From contig CAYSHM010000011.1 in NCBI GenBank assembly GCA_964430885.1, positions 14,178 to 78,177 on the forward strand: a stretch of DNA of 64,000 bases. Reading direction: 5' to 3'. Source of the DNA: an uncultured archaeon. GTDB lineage: Archaea > Thermoplasmatota > Penumbrarchaeia > JASLWR01. Positions 1 to 10,396 of this stretch are shown here, piece by piece. The notes below the pieces were generated by a model. The model worked only from the letters and a program-made list of their open reading frames with translations. It had not been told where the DNA came from and ran no database searches. How positions within the stretch are numbered: position 1 is the first letter of the stretch; each line of letters opens with the position of its first letter. The position numbers were made by a program, and so were the translations under genes.

Positions 1-704
1 GACATTCCAACACAGGTAAGACCACAATGATTGCGAGATTGATAAGAGAACTGGTTAAAAAAAAGATCAGGGTTGTATCCATCAAACATTCTGAAGGAAA
101 GTTCTCGATGGATACACCTGGGAAAGATACCTGGAAACACAGAGAGGCCGGTTCATCCATGATAGTGTTTTCAACTGCAGGGGAAACCTCATACATTCTG
201 CCCGAACCGCTGGACCTCGAAGATGTTCTGAAGCACATATCATCTATTATCAATCCGGATATAGTTCTGATCGAGGGTTTGATGAGCGGGGAAATTCCAA
301 AGATAGTATTGGGCGGTACTGGGAATCGTTCAGATGACGTAGACCGCGAAAAATTGTTTGAAAATGCAATGGAATCTATCTTGAAAGAAATTAAAATACA
401 TAGACTGCTGGTCAGGCTTCCAAATATGGATTGTCAGAGATGCGGTTTCAGATCCTGCAGTGAATTGGCTGACGCTATTTTGAAAGAGGAAGCGGAAATC
501 GAAGACTGTAAGCAGCTGCTCATGAAGGAGTCCGTACCTTTTTTGGACCTTCTTGTGAACGGTAAGAGTATCGAACTTTCACCATTCCCTGCTGCCATGC
601 TGGAGAGCGGAATAACTGGAATGCTGACTTCCTTGAAAGGCGTGGAACATATTGGTGAGGTGGAGATACGCTACCGCAGACCTGATGGAAATGAAGATGC
701 CTGA
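1..704 (+). CDS. mobB: Molybdopterin-guanine dinucleotide biosynthesis protein B with Fe-S motif (5' truncated by window edge)
   Basis: Frame is open upstream of 27 and reads HSNTGKTT (Walker A). Also IKH, DTPGKDTWKHREAG, DIVLIEG and the C-terminal LPxxDCxxCGxxxC...C motif. Confidence 0.88.
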   Translation, partial: HSNTGKTTMIARLIRELVKKKIRVVSIKHSEGKFSMDTPGKDTWKHREAGSSMIVFSTAGETSYILPEPLDLEDVLKHISSIINPDIVLIEGLMSGEIPKIVLGGTGNRSDDVDREKLFENAMESILKEIKIHRLLVRLPNMDCQRCGFRSCSELADAILKEEAEIEDCKQLLMKESVPFLDLLVNGKSIELSPFPAAMLESGITGMLTSLKGVEHIGEVEIRYRRPDGNEDA

Positions 705-715
705 ATGGATTACCC

Positions 716-2131
716 CTATAGTTCAGTATAATATCTTTTCAGCAGAGGCCGTTCAAGGTACTCTGGTTTCCCTTGGAATTCAGGATAATGGACCATGCAT
801 GATATCCTGTACTTATCATCGCCCACAAGGTCCTCGGCCTGGAAGTTCTTTTTGAAATCTGTTACTATCTCACCTTCGTATAGGAGCGTTTGTCTGTTAC
901 CTCTGTTCATACAGGTGTCGTTTTCAAATTGACATTTGCTGAAACCAATATCAACATGTGTTGCGTCAGAAAGAAGGAAGGGCATGGATCCTCTAGGGGT
1001 TCCTCCGGCCTTTTCAGGCGGAATAATTACCACTTCTCCCCTGAAGGACAGGGGTATTCCAGCACAGACGATATCTTTGGGCCTTCCGTCCTTCCCACCC
1101 AGTCTCAGGGCTGAAAAGATTGCGGGGAAGTCCATTGATAAGATCTGGCATTCATCAACCATAAAAGCTCTGGATTTCTGAACATCATCCCTGTTATAGA
1201 ATTCCCAAGGGTCGCCGTTGTCAAAGTAAGTGGCTTTTCTTTTTATCCACAGGAATTTCTCATTGGCTCGATCGGCAATTGTCCTAGAATCGAAATTTCC
1301 CTCATCACGAGTATCCCCTTGTGGTTTGAAATATATAATGTCATCATGGGGTGCCATTTTCTCAAGGTCTCTTATGGATCGTCTAGTCTTTCCAGTTCTC
1401 ATAGTACCCGAGTGAACTGTAAGGGACCCTGGTTGGATTTTCTCCTCAATGGCGCGTTTTTGAAGGGGTTCAATGAACTCTTCCCAGGGAGCTCCGGGTC
1501 TTCTAACATGCATATCGCAAACAGGTTTGAATTCAGTATCAGGGGTGATTTCGAAGGGATCTATGTTGAACTCGGAAGGTTGTCCGTCTATTAAGCGTTG
1601 GAGGTTATAAGACGGCCTGCCACATACATGGCAGGGCCTCGGATTTTTAATAATCCTATCCGACCTGCACAGCACCTCAGGGTAAATGGGATCCCCGTTA
1701 CAGTCATTGTCCGGAAATACTGTGACTACATAGGAACCTTTTCTCACCAGTTTATCTATGACATCGATTATTCTGCGGTCCTTGAAGAACTGGAGTCCGT
1801 AGATTCCAACAACATCAAGATCCCCTATCTTTTCTATCTCTTCGAGAAGTTCAACTGCATTCAGAGGATCAATGGCCTTTGACATTACTTTACCATATGT
1901 TTCCACATCTGATTCAGGGTGGACCTCCATACCTAGAATGTCGAATCTGTCATCCACATCGATGTTGGGGTGGAAGATGCGGGTTTTGTATCCGAGAGTT
2001 CTTTCCCATTTCCCTATCTCGACACTCGCTTCCTTGTATTTCGGAGTACCTACGGGTCCCGTATATGTCACCAATGTGTATGGTGTCGGCCCATATGGAA
2101 TAATTGAATTGTTCCCTTTTATCTTCATCAT
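716..2131 (-). CDS. tdk: Thymidine kinase (TK1/type II)-like protein with two tandem TK domains
   Basis: C-half has SGTMRTGKT, FKPQGDTR, VDECQ, AGIPLSFRGE and Zn-lasso Cys/His. N-half is a degenerate copy (TGPVGTPKY, GIYGLQFF, CHVCG..QRLIDGQP..CDMH). Confidence 0.75.
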   Translation of the reverse strand: MMKIKGNNSIIPYGPTPYTLVTYTGPVGTPKYKEASVEIGKWERTLGYKTRIFHPNIDVDDRFDILGMEVHPESDVETYGKVMSKAIDPLNAVELLEEIEKIGDLDVVGIYGLQFFKDRRIIDVIDKLVRKGSYVVTVFPDNDCNGDPIYPEVLCRSDRIIKNPRPCHVCGRPSYNLQRLIDGQPSEFNIDPFEITPDTEFKPVCDMHVRRPGAPWEEFIEPLQKRAIEEKIQPGSLTVHSGTMRTGKTRRSIRDLEKMAPHDDIIYFKPQGDTRDEGNFDSRTIADRANEKFLWIKRKATYFDNGDPWEFYNRDDVQKSRAFMVDECQILSMDFPAIFSALRLGGKDGRPKDIVCAGIPLSFRGEVVIIPPEKAGGTPRGSMPFLLSDATHVDIGFSKCQFENDTCMNRGNRQTLLYEGEIVTDFKKNFQAEDLVGDDKYRISCMVHYPEFQGKPEYLERPLLKRYYTEL

Positions 2132-2237
2132 ACGCTGGCTAATTGTCTTTTTTGATTATATATTTTATTTCAAAAGTATTGCTGGTGAATTTTTTGCAGT
2201 AACAATGGTAGATTATTCAATTCAGCCAGCCGACGGA

Positions 2238-4838
2238 TCAATTTCTTGAAGGTATGTGGGGCAGGAAGGCGGGATCGCCGATAATATTGAATTCCTCAAC
2301 AGTGTCGCTGTGGGCGTCGGCATTCCCCATTCCGATCTCTTGAATATAGAGGTTCTTTGCCTTCATCAGAGCGGCCCCATAGGAATTCACGGGATCTACC
2401 GTCTTGAAAGCATCAGGTCCTCTCTCGTATACTTCTCCTATCATATATCCGTACATATACAATCCGATATAGGCCCCCAGGGTTTCACCTGACTCAGTAG
2501 AAAGGGGTGAAAAACCTCCCCAGGATAATCTTGATGATCCGACATACATGACCATGCCCGAATGCAGAAAGGAAAGAGATATTGCATTGGTTTGGTCCAG
2601 ACCGTCTATCTTCCCGGTTACACATGAGGCTCCGAATATGGATGATGGACCGAATTCCATATTGTTGACATTGGCAGGATAGAATCCACCTCCGACACTT
2701 GTGTCCTTGTAACCTGGGGGAACGAACCAGTAATAGAAACCGTGTGCACAGAAATAGATGAGATTGGACCGTTCATAAACAGAATAGGATATCTTTGAAT
2801 CCGAAGCTGGACCGTCATGAGTGGAATCCACTGTATAGCCTCCATCGGAGAAAATCTTATCCAGTTTCTTTGTTACCGTTTCGGAAAAACCCACAGGGAT
2901 CTGGGTGCCGAAGGTGGTCATGGCTGTATTGGCGAATTTCTCCCCTGAATGCCCAACGCTCTTATCGGCAATATCAGAATAGAAGAAGGTCTTGGCAAGA
3001 AGCACGGAGACATCCTGAGCATCCCATCCGGCTAGTCTTCCAATACCTAGTTCCAGTGAAACAGTGGAGCCGTCGATCTCATTGAAATGATCGGTCAAAC
3101 TGGCATCTATGTCAGAATATATATTATCCGATGGGATGCCGTATCCCTCCCTGGATCCGTAATGCTCCTGCTGCGGTTCAGCCTCGTAATAATACCACGG
3201 GATCATGTTTGTATCAGCTATAACGCCAATAAGAAGAGGATCCTCCAGACTTTGTTTATAGGTATTGGCCAATGATGTGTAGTCATCGATCTTTTTAACC
3301 GGAGTGCCCGCTAGTTTTCCTAGAAGTTCATTGAGATGACCTTTCACCTCATATGCTTCTGCATTCACCTGTTCAAGCAGGGGAGGGTTCAGAGACGGAT
3401 CCCCGCAATTGGGGTTCTCCAGCAGTTTCTCAGAGAATTGAGTGAAATCCGGGTTTGCCAGAACCAACCCGCCTCGCACTGCGGCGAGATACGGCGCCAT
3501 GGATGATATTCCGGGAATCAGGGGATAATTTGGATGTGAGAGTTTCTGTGCCTTTACCGTGATGGTATATGTTGATTCAGGCAGAGGCGCCCACGGATTG
3601 ATCTGATAATGGAGAGTAGCAAGGAGCTGGACAGCATGTTCGCCTGTACTTCTGAAAACCGGTTTTTCCGTGTACCCGTGAGTTGAGGTCCCGAGATCCT
3701 CATAACCGAGGGAGGGCGAGAAGAACTGTAGATGGTCATCATTATCTGGGTCATCGATCATCTCACCATCCTTATCACTGTCCACACCGAAATAGGTGTA
3801 GCTTCTCTGTCCGTCCTGTTGAGGTGTTCTGCCGGGTATTGCCGAGGAGGAATATTTCACTTTAGTATCAAGTATGATTTTGGCCCAGGTGTAATCTTCA
3901 GGGATTGTAAAATAATGTGTAGGGGCGTTTGCATCGGATGAGGGATTGGATGTGGAGCCTGAGGATTGGGAAGCCACAGTGCCTGTGAATACTTCCATTG
4001 TTTCATCAAGAACCTCAGGGATATCAATATCTTTGGGATTTGCCATTGCAATATATTTAACTTCGTTGATATTCATTCTATCCTTCAGCAAGGACAGTTT
4101 CTGCCCCTCATGCTCAACACCTGCGGCTATTAAATCCTGTACCTGGGTGATATTGTCGAAGAACATGGTCTTTTTATAACCCTTCAGGCCCCCGCATATC
4201 AATGTATAGCGTACATTCAATGACTTCAAGGTGTCTTTTACGTCCTCCGTATCATGTGCTATTAAGACCGGAATATTAAGATAACTTGCTATGGGGACCA
4301 CATTGACAGCCATATCGTATCCGGCCTGTGAATCCTCAACAATAATTGCACCGTCGGAGTATTCCCAGTACGCCATTGCCAAAGCTTCTGAGGTGTCGCA
4401 GTGACAATGGGATATGAAAGGAGTAATGACCTTGAAGATATTCAATTCTTCCATGACATCGTCGCCTACTCCGCCGATGGCCAGCACCTTTGCGGGCGAA
4501 TACTGCATCAGGAAACGTGAAACGGCCTTGGAAATGCCTGATTCCGCGGTAGAAGGATTAATACCTGCAAGAAGCATGGGTCTTAACTGGAGAGTAGTAT
4601 TTTCATAGTAGGCCGCCAGGGGTGTTGCTGAAAGAACATTATATGGATCGTCATATGGAAGGACTATCGCTTCGAACTCAAATCCCTTTTTCTGTGACCT
4701 GCTTGATAAGAGATCAGCTATAGTAGCTCTGCTGATGCCATCATTTTCTTCAATATTGTTGACATATACCAGTAATCCCCCTGCTATAATGACGCCTACC
4801 AGGATTACACAGATTATCTGTTTGGTTTTCTTGTTCAT
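2238..4838 (-). CDS. Membrane-anchored/secreted C25 (gingipain-like) cysteine peptidase family protein
   Basis: N-terminal TM/signal. PSDNIYSDID, ELGIGRLAG, catalytic-type AHG and ASCVTG, terminal GDP motif. Confidence 0.7.
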   Translation of the reverse strand: MNKKTKQIICVILVGVIIAGGLLVYVNNIEENDGISRATIADLLSSRSQKKGFEFEAIVLPYDDPYNVLSATPLAAYYENTTLQLRPMLLAGINPSTAESGISKAVSRFLMQYSPAKVLAIGGVGDDVMEELNIFKVITPFISHCHCDTSEALAMAYWEYSDGAIIVEDSQAGYDMAVNVVPIASYLNIPVLIAHDTEDVKDTLKSLNVRYTLICGGLKGYKKTMFFDNITQVQDLIAAGVEHEGQKLSLLKDRMNINEVKYIAMANPKDIDIPEVLDETMEVFTGTVASQSSGSTSNPSSDANAPTHYFTIPEDYTWAKIILDTKVKYSSSAIPGRTPQQDGQRSYTYFGVDSDKDGEMIDDPDNDDHLQFFSPSLGYEDLGTSTHGYTEKPVFRSTGEHAVQLLATLHYQINPWAPLPESTYTITVKAQKLSHPNYPLIPGISSMAPYLAAVRGGLVLANPDFTQFSEKLLENPNCGDPSLNPPLLEQVNAEAYEVKGHLNELLGKLAGTPVKKIDDYTSLANTYKQSLEDPLLIGVIADTNMIPWYYYEAEPQQEHYGSREGYGIPSDNIYSDIDASLTDHFNEIDGSTVSLELGIGRLAGWDAQDVSVLLAKTFFYSDIADKSVGHSGEKFANTAMTTFGTQIPVGFSETVTKKLDKIFSDGGYTVDSTHDGPASDSKISYSVYERSNLIYFCAHGFYYWFVPPGYKDTSVGGGFYPANVNNMEFGPSSIFGASCVTGKIDGLDQTNAISLSFLHSGMVMYVGSSRLSWGGFSPLSTESGETLGAYIGLYMYGYMIGEVYERGPDAFKTVDPVNSYGAALMKAKNLYIQEIGMGNADAHSDTVEEFNIIGDPAFLPHIPSRN

Positions 4839-5151
4839 TTTTTCCCCCCGGATATAATTATCTAGGTTTGGTAAAAATTGACATCTATATTACACTGTAT
4901 TTAGTAAATCACGATATATAATGATTGAGATGCAGAAATGAATTACAGCAAAAGAGGAATTGGGTCAGTTCGTAAGTATAATTCAATCTGTTAAAATTTT
5001 TAGATGATTTTATTACAATCCCGAGTTGAAGAAGGAATTTTATTAAGTGGCAATATGGATTAACATTCAATCATAAAATATTCAAATGATTCAACTATTG
5101 TAATCTCCAACCTATAACAATAAAACAGTAAGTATTTGGAGGGTATTTGAA

Positions 5152-6267
5152 ATGAGCAAAGTATATTTCTACGCATTGAATCAGGGACATACAAGAGATG
5201 ATGTATTATCTGGTATTGAAAAATTGTTCAGAGAAGCCAATTTCTCATCAGTATTGAAAAAGAATGATTTCACAGCTGTGAAGGTCCATTTCGGTGAGCG
5301 GGAAAATAAAAACTATGTTCAACCCGAATTCGTTTCCAGAATTGCTGAATTGGCTTCGGATAAGAACGTTAAATGTTTCATTACTGATGCCAATACCATC
5401 TACAGGGGCGGCCGCTCAAATGCGGTTGATCATCTCTTAACTGCTTATGATCATGGATTTATATATTCAGGTACGGGTTTTCCGGTGCTTATATCCGACG
5501 GTTTATCTGGTAAGGATTACCGGGAGATATCTATCAACGGACAGCATTTCAATAAAATAAAGGTTTCATCTGCAGCCGTAGATTCGGATTCCATGATAGT
5601 AGTAACACATTTTAAAGGTCACATGCTGGCAGGTTTTGGTGGAGCTTTAAAAAATGTAGGCATGGGATTGGCTTCCCGAAGCGGTAAACAGGAGCAGCAC
5701 AGCGATGTGAAACCCACCATATCAGAAAAGATGTGCATTCGATGCTTTCAGTGCATTAGTGCCTGTCCGGTCGATGCCATTGTCGATAATGGGGATTCAG
5801 CCAGGGTCAGACACGATATCTGCATCGGCTGCGGGGAGTGTACGGTAGCTTGCAGAATTGGAGCGATTGAAGTCAGATGGAGAACGGATAACCTGACTTT
5901 TCAGGAGAAGATGATAGAGTATACCTACGGAATATTGTCCCATTTCAGGGGGAAGGCGGCATATATGAACTTCCTCACCGATATTAGCCCTCATTGCGAC
6001 TGTATGGAGAGCGATGATCCTCCGGTAGTAGGAGATATTGGGCTTCTTGCTTCTTTGGACCCTGTTGCCTTGGATCGGGCAAGTATTGATATGGTGAACG
6101 CCTCCGAGGGCCGTACTTCATCCAATTTCGGCGAGAAAATAAATGCCATGGAAAAGGGAGACGATAAGTTCAGAAAGATACATGGTGTTAATTGGGACCA
6201 TCAGCTGAAATACGCTGAAAGATTGGGCGTTGGCTCGAATGAATATGAACTCATAGAGATCAGATAA
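5152..6267 (+). CDS. DUF362-family Fe-S protein with 2x[4Fe-4S] ferredoxin domain
   Basis: KVHFGE, THFKGH, GFGGALKN, two CxxCxxCxxxC motifs, CDC, DPVALD. Confidence 0.88.
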   Translation: MSKVYFYALNQGHTRDDVLSGIEKLFREANFSSVLKKNDFTAVKVHFGERENKNYVQPEFVSRIAELASDKNVKCFITDANTIYRGGRSNAVDHLLTAYDHGFIYSGTGFPVLISDGLSGKDYREISINGQHFNKIKVSSAAVDSDSMIVVTHFKGHMLAGFGGALKNVGMGLASRSGKQEQHSDVKPTISEKMCIRCFQCISACPVDAIVDNGDSARVRHDICIGCGECTVACRIGAIEVRWRTDNLTFQEKMIEYTYGILSHFRGKAAYMNFLTDISPHCDCMESDDPPVVGDIGLLASLDPVALDRASIDMVNASEGRTSSNFGEKINAMEKGDDKFRKIHGVNWDHQLKYAERLGVGSNEYELIEIR

Positions 6268-6333
6268 TCAAAGTTCAGAAATTCATATTGAAAAAATACA
6301 GCCGTGAAGAATTTAATTTTTTTTAAAAAAAGG

Positions 6334-6380
6334 GTATGTGAGAGAGTTTGGCTTGTTTCATCCAAATCTCTCTCAAATAC
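6334..6380. terminator. Long imperfect hairpin between convergent genes (probable bidirectional terminator/RNA stability element)
   Basis: gtat-g-tgagagag-tttgg pairs with ccaaa-t-ctctctca-a-atac. Preceded by T8/A7 tracts at about 6317-6331. Confidence 0.55.
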
Positions 6381-6408
6381 TATTTAGCCATTTAAACGGT
6401 CCGAATAT

Positions 6409-7323
6409 CTATTCTCTTTTTCTTCTGAAAACAGCTACTACACATACTAGGGCCAGTATGGCAAATAATGGCTCAAAACCGGGGATATAGATACCCTTAT
6501 CCCTGATAAACAGAGAATATTCCTGAATTTCAGGTGATAGACCTTCTTCAGTACTGGTTTCGGCTGTTACCTTTATATCAACCTTTGACACCCGATTCCG
6601 ATATAATGTCCAATCCTGAGGTGAGGTGACCGAGATCTTAACGATATCTTCTTTCCCCTCCTCAAGCATGATGGTCCGCGCACCAGTGGATACTACCCAA
6701 TCTTCTTCTGCGAGCTTATCCAGGTTGGGGATTTCGATCTTCATTCTCTCCTGGGCGTTGCCGTCATTCTTGATCTTCAGGTTGAACACCAGAGGGTCTC
6801 CCGGATTGATCTCAATATAAGGTTCGTCGCAGGATACGGTAACCATATAATAAGGCTGGATGGTTATAATACCGTCAGTAGGCTGTATGTTATAGAGAAC
6901 AGGGGAACCAGGAATTGTCTGTACAGTTCCGGAAACGGTTAATTGCCCCTGGGTCTGGAAAGAAGTGAAATTGGGAACTCTGACAACAGCTTCGAATGTC
7001 TTGAGACTGCCAGTCTCAGCACTTGTGAAATAAAGTGTTGTTGGTGAAATGGTTGTAGCCCATCCGCAGTCGGCCTGAAGCCTTACAACGATAAGCTGGA
7101 CATTCTGTCCGGGACCGATCATATCAGCAGACACGGTTCCGGGAAATCTAACAATTCCTGTCTGACCAGGTCCTACCTTTGCTTCCTGTTCTGTAACGTC
7201 CAAGTTTATTGTGGCTATAGGCTGTGAAGCTTCCGCGTCATCTGATACAAACTCGGTCAGAATAAATATCCCCGCTGCCAGAACAACGCCGAGCAATATC
7301 ATTCTTAAAGCTATGTTCTTCAT
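6409..7323 (-). CDS. Choice-of-anchor T-like surface protein with PGF-CTERM sorting signal
   Basis: Signal peptide, Ig-like beta-rich body with KNDGNAQE, C-terminal IPGF + TM + RRKRE. Confidence 0.75.
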   Translation of the reverse strand: MKNIALRMILLGVVLAAGIFILTEFVSDDAEASQPIATINLDVTEQEAKVGPGQTGIVRFPGTVSADMIGPGQNVQLIVVRLQADCGWATTISPTTLYFTSAETGSLKTFEAVVRVPNFTSFQTQGQLTVSGTVQTIPGSPVLYNIQPTDGIITIQPYYMVTVSCDEPYIEINPGDPLVFNLKIKNDGNAQERMKIEIPNLDKLAEEDWVVSTGARTIMLEEGKEDIVKISVTSPQDWTLYRNRVSKVDIKVTAETSTEEGLSPEIQEYSLFIRDKGIYIPGFEPLFAILALVCVVAVFRRKRE

Positions 7324-7562
7324 ATTATAATCTCCTTTATTATCTTCGCTATCTATATGTTAGATAATCATCAGTTTTTTATATATGTCTTTCCGTGATA
7401 ACTGTTCTAATGGTTATCACTGCATACTGGGTATAGCAATGGTTTTATTTTATGATTTCTAAATCTGTTTAAATAAATGCCAATTATCTGGATTTTGTGA
7501 TAGTATTCAATAAAGCTTAGAATTTCTGAAATATTGGTGAATGTCCTTTACTATATTTGACA

Positions 7563-8780
7563 TCAATTATATAGCGGTCTGTAGTCATCCAACGTTTCAG
7601 ACATGCCGTGGAACAATCTGACCCAATATTTGGCGCGCATTTCAGGGTCGTACTCCACCCAGTGTAATTTCCATTGAAAATGCTCGGTAAAAAGGTCATA
7701 AAAGAATCTAGCTACACTCATTGGCTCGATTCCTTCCCTGAAAGCCCGATCACATATTATCTTGATCTCGGACCATCTTATCTTTGTAGAATCTTCCAGT
7801 ATATGATCTATGGAATCAGGAACCAATCCTTTATCCATGGACGGGAAATCCCGCATATTCAATTTGTCCCAATTTCCATGTATTCTAAACAGTTTTGATC
7901 CCATATACTCCTCATACATTTTAAGCCATCCTGGATCCCCGTAAGGAATTGTCACATTGGATGATTTTGCCAATTCAGTCACCAGCTTCCGGTTTCTGCG
8001 TATCTTGATCCTTTCCTCAAGGCTTAGACCTTCAGCTGGAATTGAATAACCAGTAGGAACATTATTAGCACACCAATCTGATCCCATTCGGTCGATGTAT
8101 TTTTTCATGATATGTTTCTGATGAGATGAAAAGGCCAGCCTTACATCCCTCATGAAAAGCGGGTCCGCCCATAGATCCAGGTCGAGGACCATCATACTAT
8201 TGTCTAGCCGGATGTCCTTCGGCTGCAAGTGTCCTTCATAGATCTCGTTGACCTTGCTGTAGAGGAATTCCATTAGTTTTCCAGATGCATCATGCACTCT
8301 GTTATGTGAGCAGGGTACGTCAGGGTTTCTGGAATGTGTTATTTCACTTGCTTTACCGAATTTATCCATCAGACCGAACACAGGGCTCCCCTCTTTGATC
8401 TTGGAAGCATAGTGGTAGCCTTGTCCGGTCATCAATTTGATATATTCAATGCCATATTGATCTAGGACCTTTTCCACACTTGAACAGAAAGGCTCCATCC
8501 TCTGAAAAACGCTTTCCTCTTGATTGAACGGTTCGGAGTAATCTTTGGGATTATAATATTCAAGATCGAGAACAATAAGATAACAGTTCTTCTGCCAGAC
8601 GCTTGTGAATCCATCAAGGTTCTTTTCCAGCATCCAATCGAGGAGAGTTGGTCTTACGGATTTGAAGGTCTGAAAATGGTTCTTCTCTAGATATTTGCCG
8701 AATCCTACCAAATAGACTGAATCCGGAATGTATTCAAGTATTCTTTCTTTAAATGCTGGATGGGGGTAATATTCACTCAT
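7563..8780 (-). CDS. Uncharacterised archaeo-eukaryotic primase (AEP) superfamily-like protein
   Basis: Motif I hhhDhE (LIVLDLEY), motif II MTGQGYHY, motif III hhD (VLDLD) followed by RLAFSSHQK. Confidence 0.6.
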   Translation of the reverse strand: MSEYYPHPAFKERILEYIPDSVYLVGFGKYLEKNHFQTFKSVRPTLLDWMLEKNLDGFTSVWQKNCYLIVLDLEYYNPKDYSEPFNQEESVFQRMEPFCSSVEKVLDQYGIEYIKLMTGQGYHYASKIKEGSPVFGLMDKFGKASEITHSRNPDVPCSHNRVHDASGKLMEFLYSKVNEIYEGHLQPKDIRLDNSMMVLDLDLWADPLFMRDVRLAFSSHQKHIMKKYIDRMGSDWCANNVPTGYSIPAEGLSLEERIKIRRNRKLVTELAKSSNVTIPYGDPGWLKMYEEYMGSKLFRIHGNWDKLNMRDFPSMDKGLVPDSIDHILEDSTKIRWSEIKIICDRAFREGIEPMSVARFFYDLFTEHFQWKLHWVEYDPEMRAKYWVRLFHGMSETLDDYRPLYN

Positions 8781-8934
8781 GATAAAATCCTCAGATTGTC
8801 AAATTCCATATCAAGTGTCCTGTGAATTACACTTTCATTTAATAATACTTTTCCTATTTGTCTGCAGGTCTTCCATTTATAGAATTATTATGAGCCCTAT
8901 TGAAGCGGATTTGTAGAAAAGAACGACTGGAAAA

Positions 8935-9627
8935 CTAGATGATGATCTGATCCCAATACCTTTTGATTATGTCCTGAAAACCTCCTCCCCAGTTTTCATC
9001 GGAAATATAATCCGCAACCTGTTTTGCTTCATTTACCGCATTATTTACTGCTGCACCTATTCCGCAGCTTTTTATCATGTCCACATCGTTGTGGGAATCA
9101 CCGATGGCTAGAACGTTTTCCAAAGGGATATCAAGTATTCCCAGGGCCTTTTCGACTCCTCTGAGCTTATTGACATGGATTTGTGAGATATGATAGGCAA
9201 AATTGGTATCCTCCGCCTTGAAGCCGTTCATCCGGGCTTCTTTGTTCAGGATTTCAAAATCCATATTCCTTTTCAGAACATACTCGCTCATTCTCCACGC
9301 GTCGCTTGGAAGGGTTGACACTTGGTAATTGGAGAAGATGTCCTTCATGAATTTATCCAATTTTCCCCTGTCCCCGAGAACATCTAATATTCCCTTTTTT
9401 TCCCAAGCCACCACCCCTCCGTTCTCAGCAACGATAGGATTATCCAAACCAATGAACTTGGCCAAATACATTACTACGGGGTAGGCATTTCCCGAGGCCA
9501 GAATTACAGGTGAATTCTTTGAATCAATCACCCGGATAAGCTCAATGGCACCCGTATCAATTCTTCGGTGTTTATCTGTTATCGTAGCGTCAATATCAGT
9601 AACCACAGCTTTTATTAGAGGCATCAT
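8935..9627 (-). CDS. HAD-superfamily phosphoglycolate phosphatase (TA0175 type)
   Basis: DIDATIT, ASGN, AENGG, NK, IGDSHND. Start moved to the ATG behind the GGAGA SD. Confidence 0.85.
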   Translation of the reverse strand: MMPLIKAVVTDIDATITDKHRRIDTGAIELIRVIDSKNSPVILASGNAYPVVMYLAKFIGLDNPIVAENGGVVAWEKKGILDVLGDRGKLDKFMKDIFSNYQVSTLPSDAWRMSEYVLKRNMDFEILNKEARMNGFKAEDTNFAYHISQIHVNKLRGVEKALGILDIPLENVLAIGDSHNDVDMIKSCGIGAAVNNAVNEAKQVADYISDENWGGGFQDIIKRYWDQIII

Positions 9628-9652
9628 TATATCTCCGTGAAATGTGATCTGA

Positions 9653-10330
9653 TCAAATGATTTTTCCATCCTTCAATATGATTTTTCTATCAGCGAGCTC
9701 AGCTATGACATCATCATGGGTAGCCATTATAATAGTGACCTTTTCTTCTTCATTTATTCGGGTCAGAATTTTTCCGATATTGTCTCCGCTAATGGAGTCA
9801 AGCTCCCCTGTGGGTTCATCCGCCAATATTATCTTGGGTCTGTTGGCAAGGGCCCGGGCAATAGCGACCCTCTGCTGTTCTCCGCCTGATAATTGGTTGG
9901 GGAAGTGACGGATTCTCTCGCCTAGTTCCATCATATCCAGTAGCTCTATTGCTCTTTTTTTTCTTTCCCTTCTGCCGATTTTCCCTTCCTTCATGGGCAG
10001 TATCACATTCTCCAAAGCATTCATTGTAGGTATTAGATAGAACCGCTGGAATATGAAACCGATTTTTTTCAATCTGATCTTACTAAGCGCAGAATCCCTC
10101 ATTCTGGATATGTTCTCACCGTCAAGAATTACCTCTCCGGCGGTGGGCCGGTCAATTCCTCCGATGAGATTCAGAAGTGTTGTCTTCCCGGAGCCCGACT
10201 TGCCCTGTACTGCAAGAAATGTTCCTTTGGATACATTAATATCTACTGCTCTGAGTGCAAACAGATCCTTGCTTCCCACCTTGTAGGATCTGGTCAATGA
10301 ATTTGTTTTCAAGATGATAGATCTGCTCAT
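9653..10330 (-). CDS. ABC transporter ATP-binding protein (LolD/MacB type)
   Basis: [36 protein letters not shown]. Confidence 0.93.
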   Translation of the reverse strand: MSRSIILKTNSLTRSYKVGSKDLFALRAVDINVSKGTFLAVQGKSGSGKTTLLNLIGGIDRPTAGEVILDGENISRMRDSALSKIRLKKIGFIFQRFYLIPTMNALENVILPMKEGKIGRRERKKRAIELLDMMELGERIRHFPNQLSGGEQQRVAIARALANRPKIILADEPTGELDSISGDNIGKILTRINEEEKVTIIMATHDDVIAELADRKIILKDGKII

Positions 10331-10396
10331 ATTCTTATCAGCCCAATTATAATTTAAGATTTTAAGGATTATTTGATAACCGATGCAGGTGTGACA

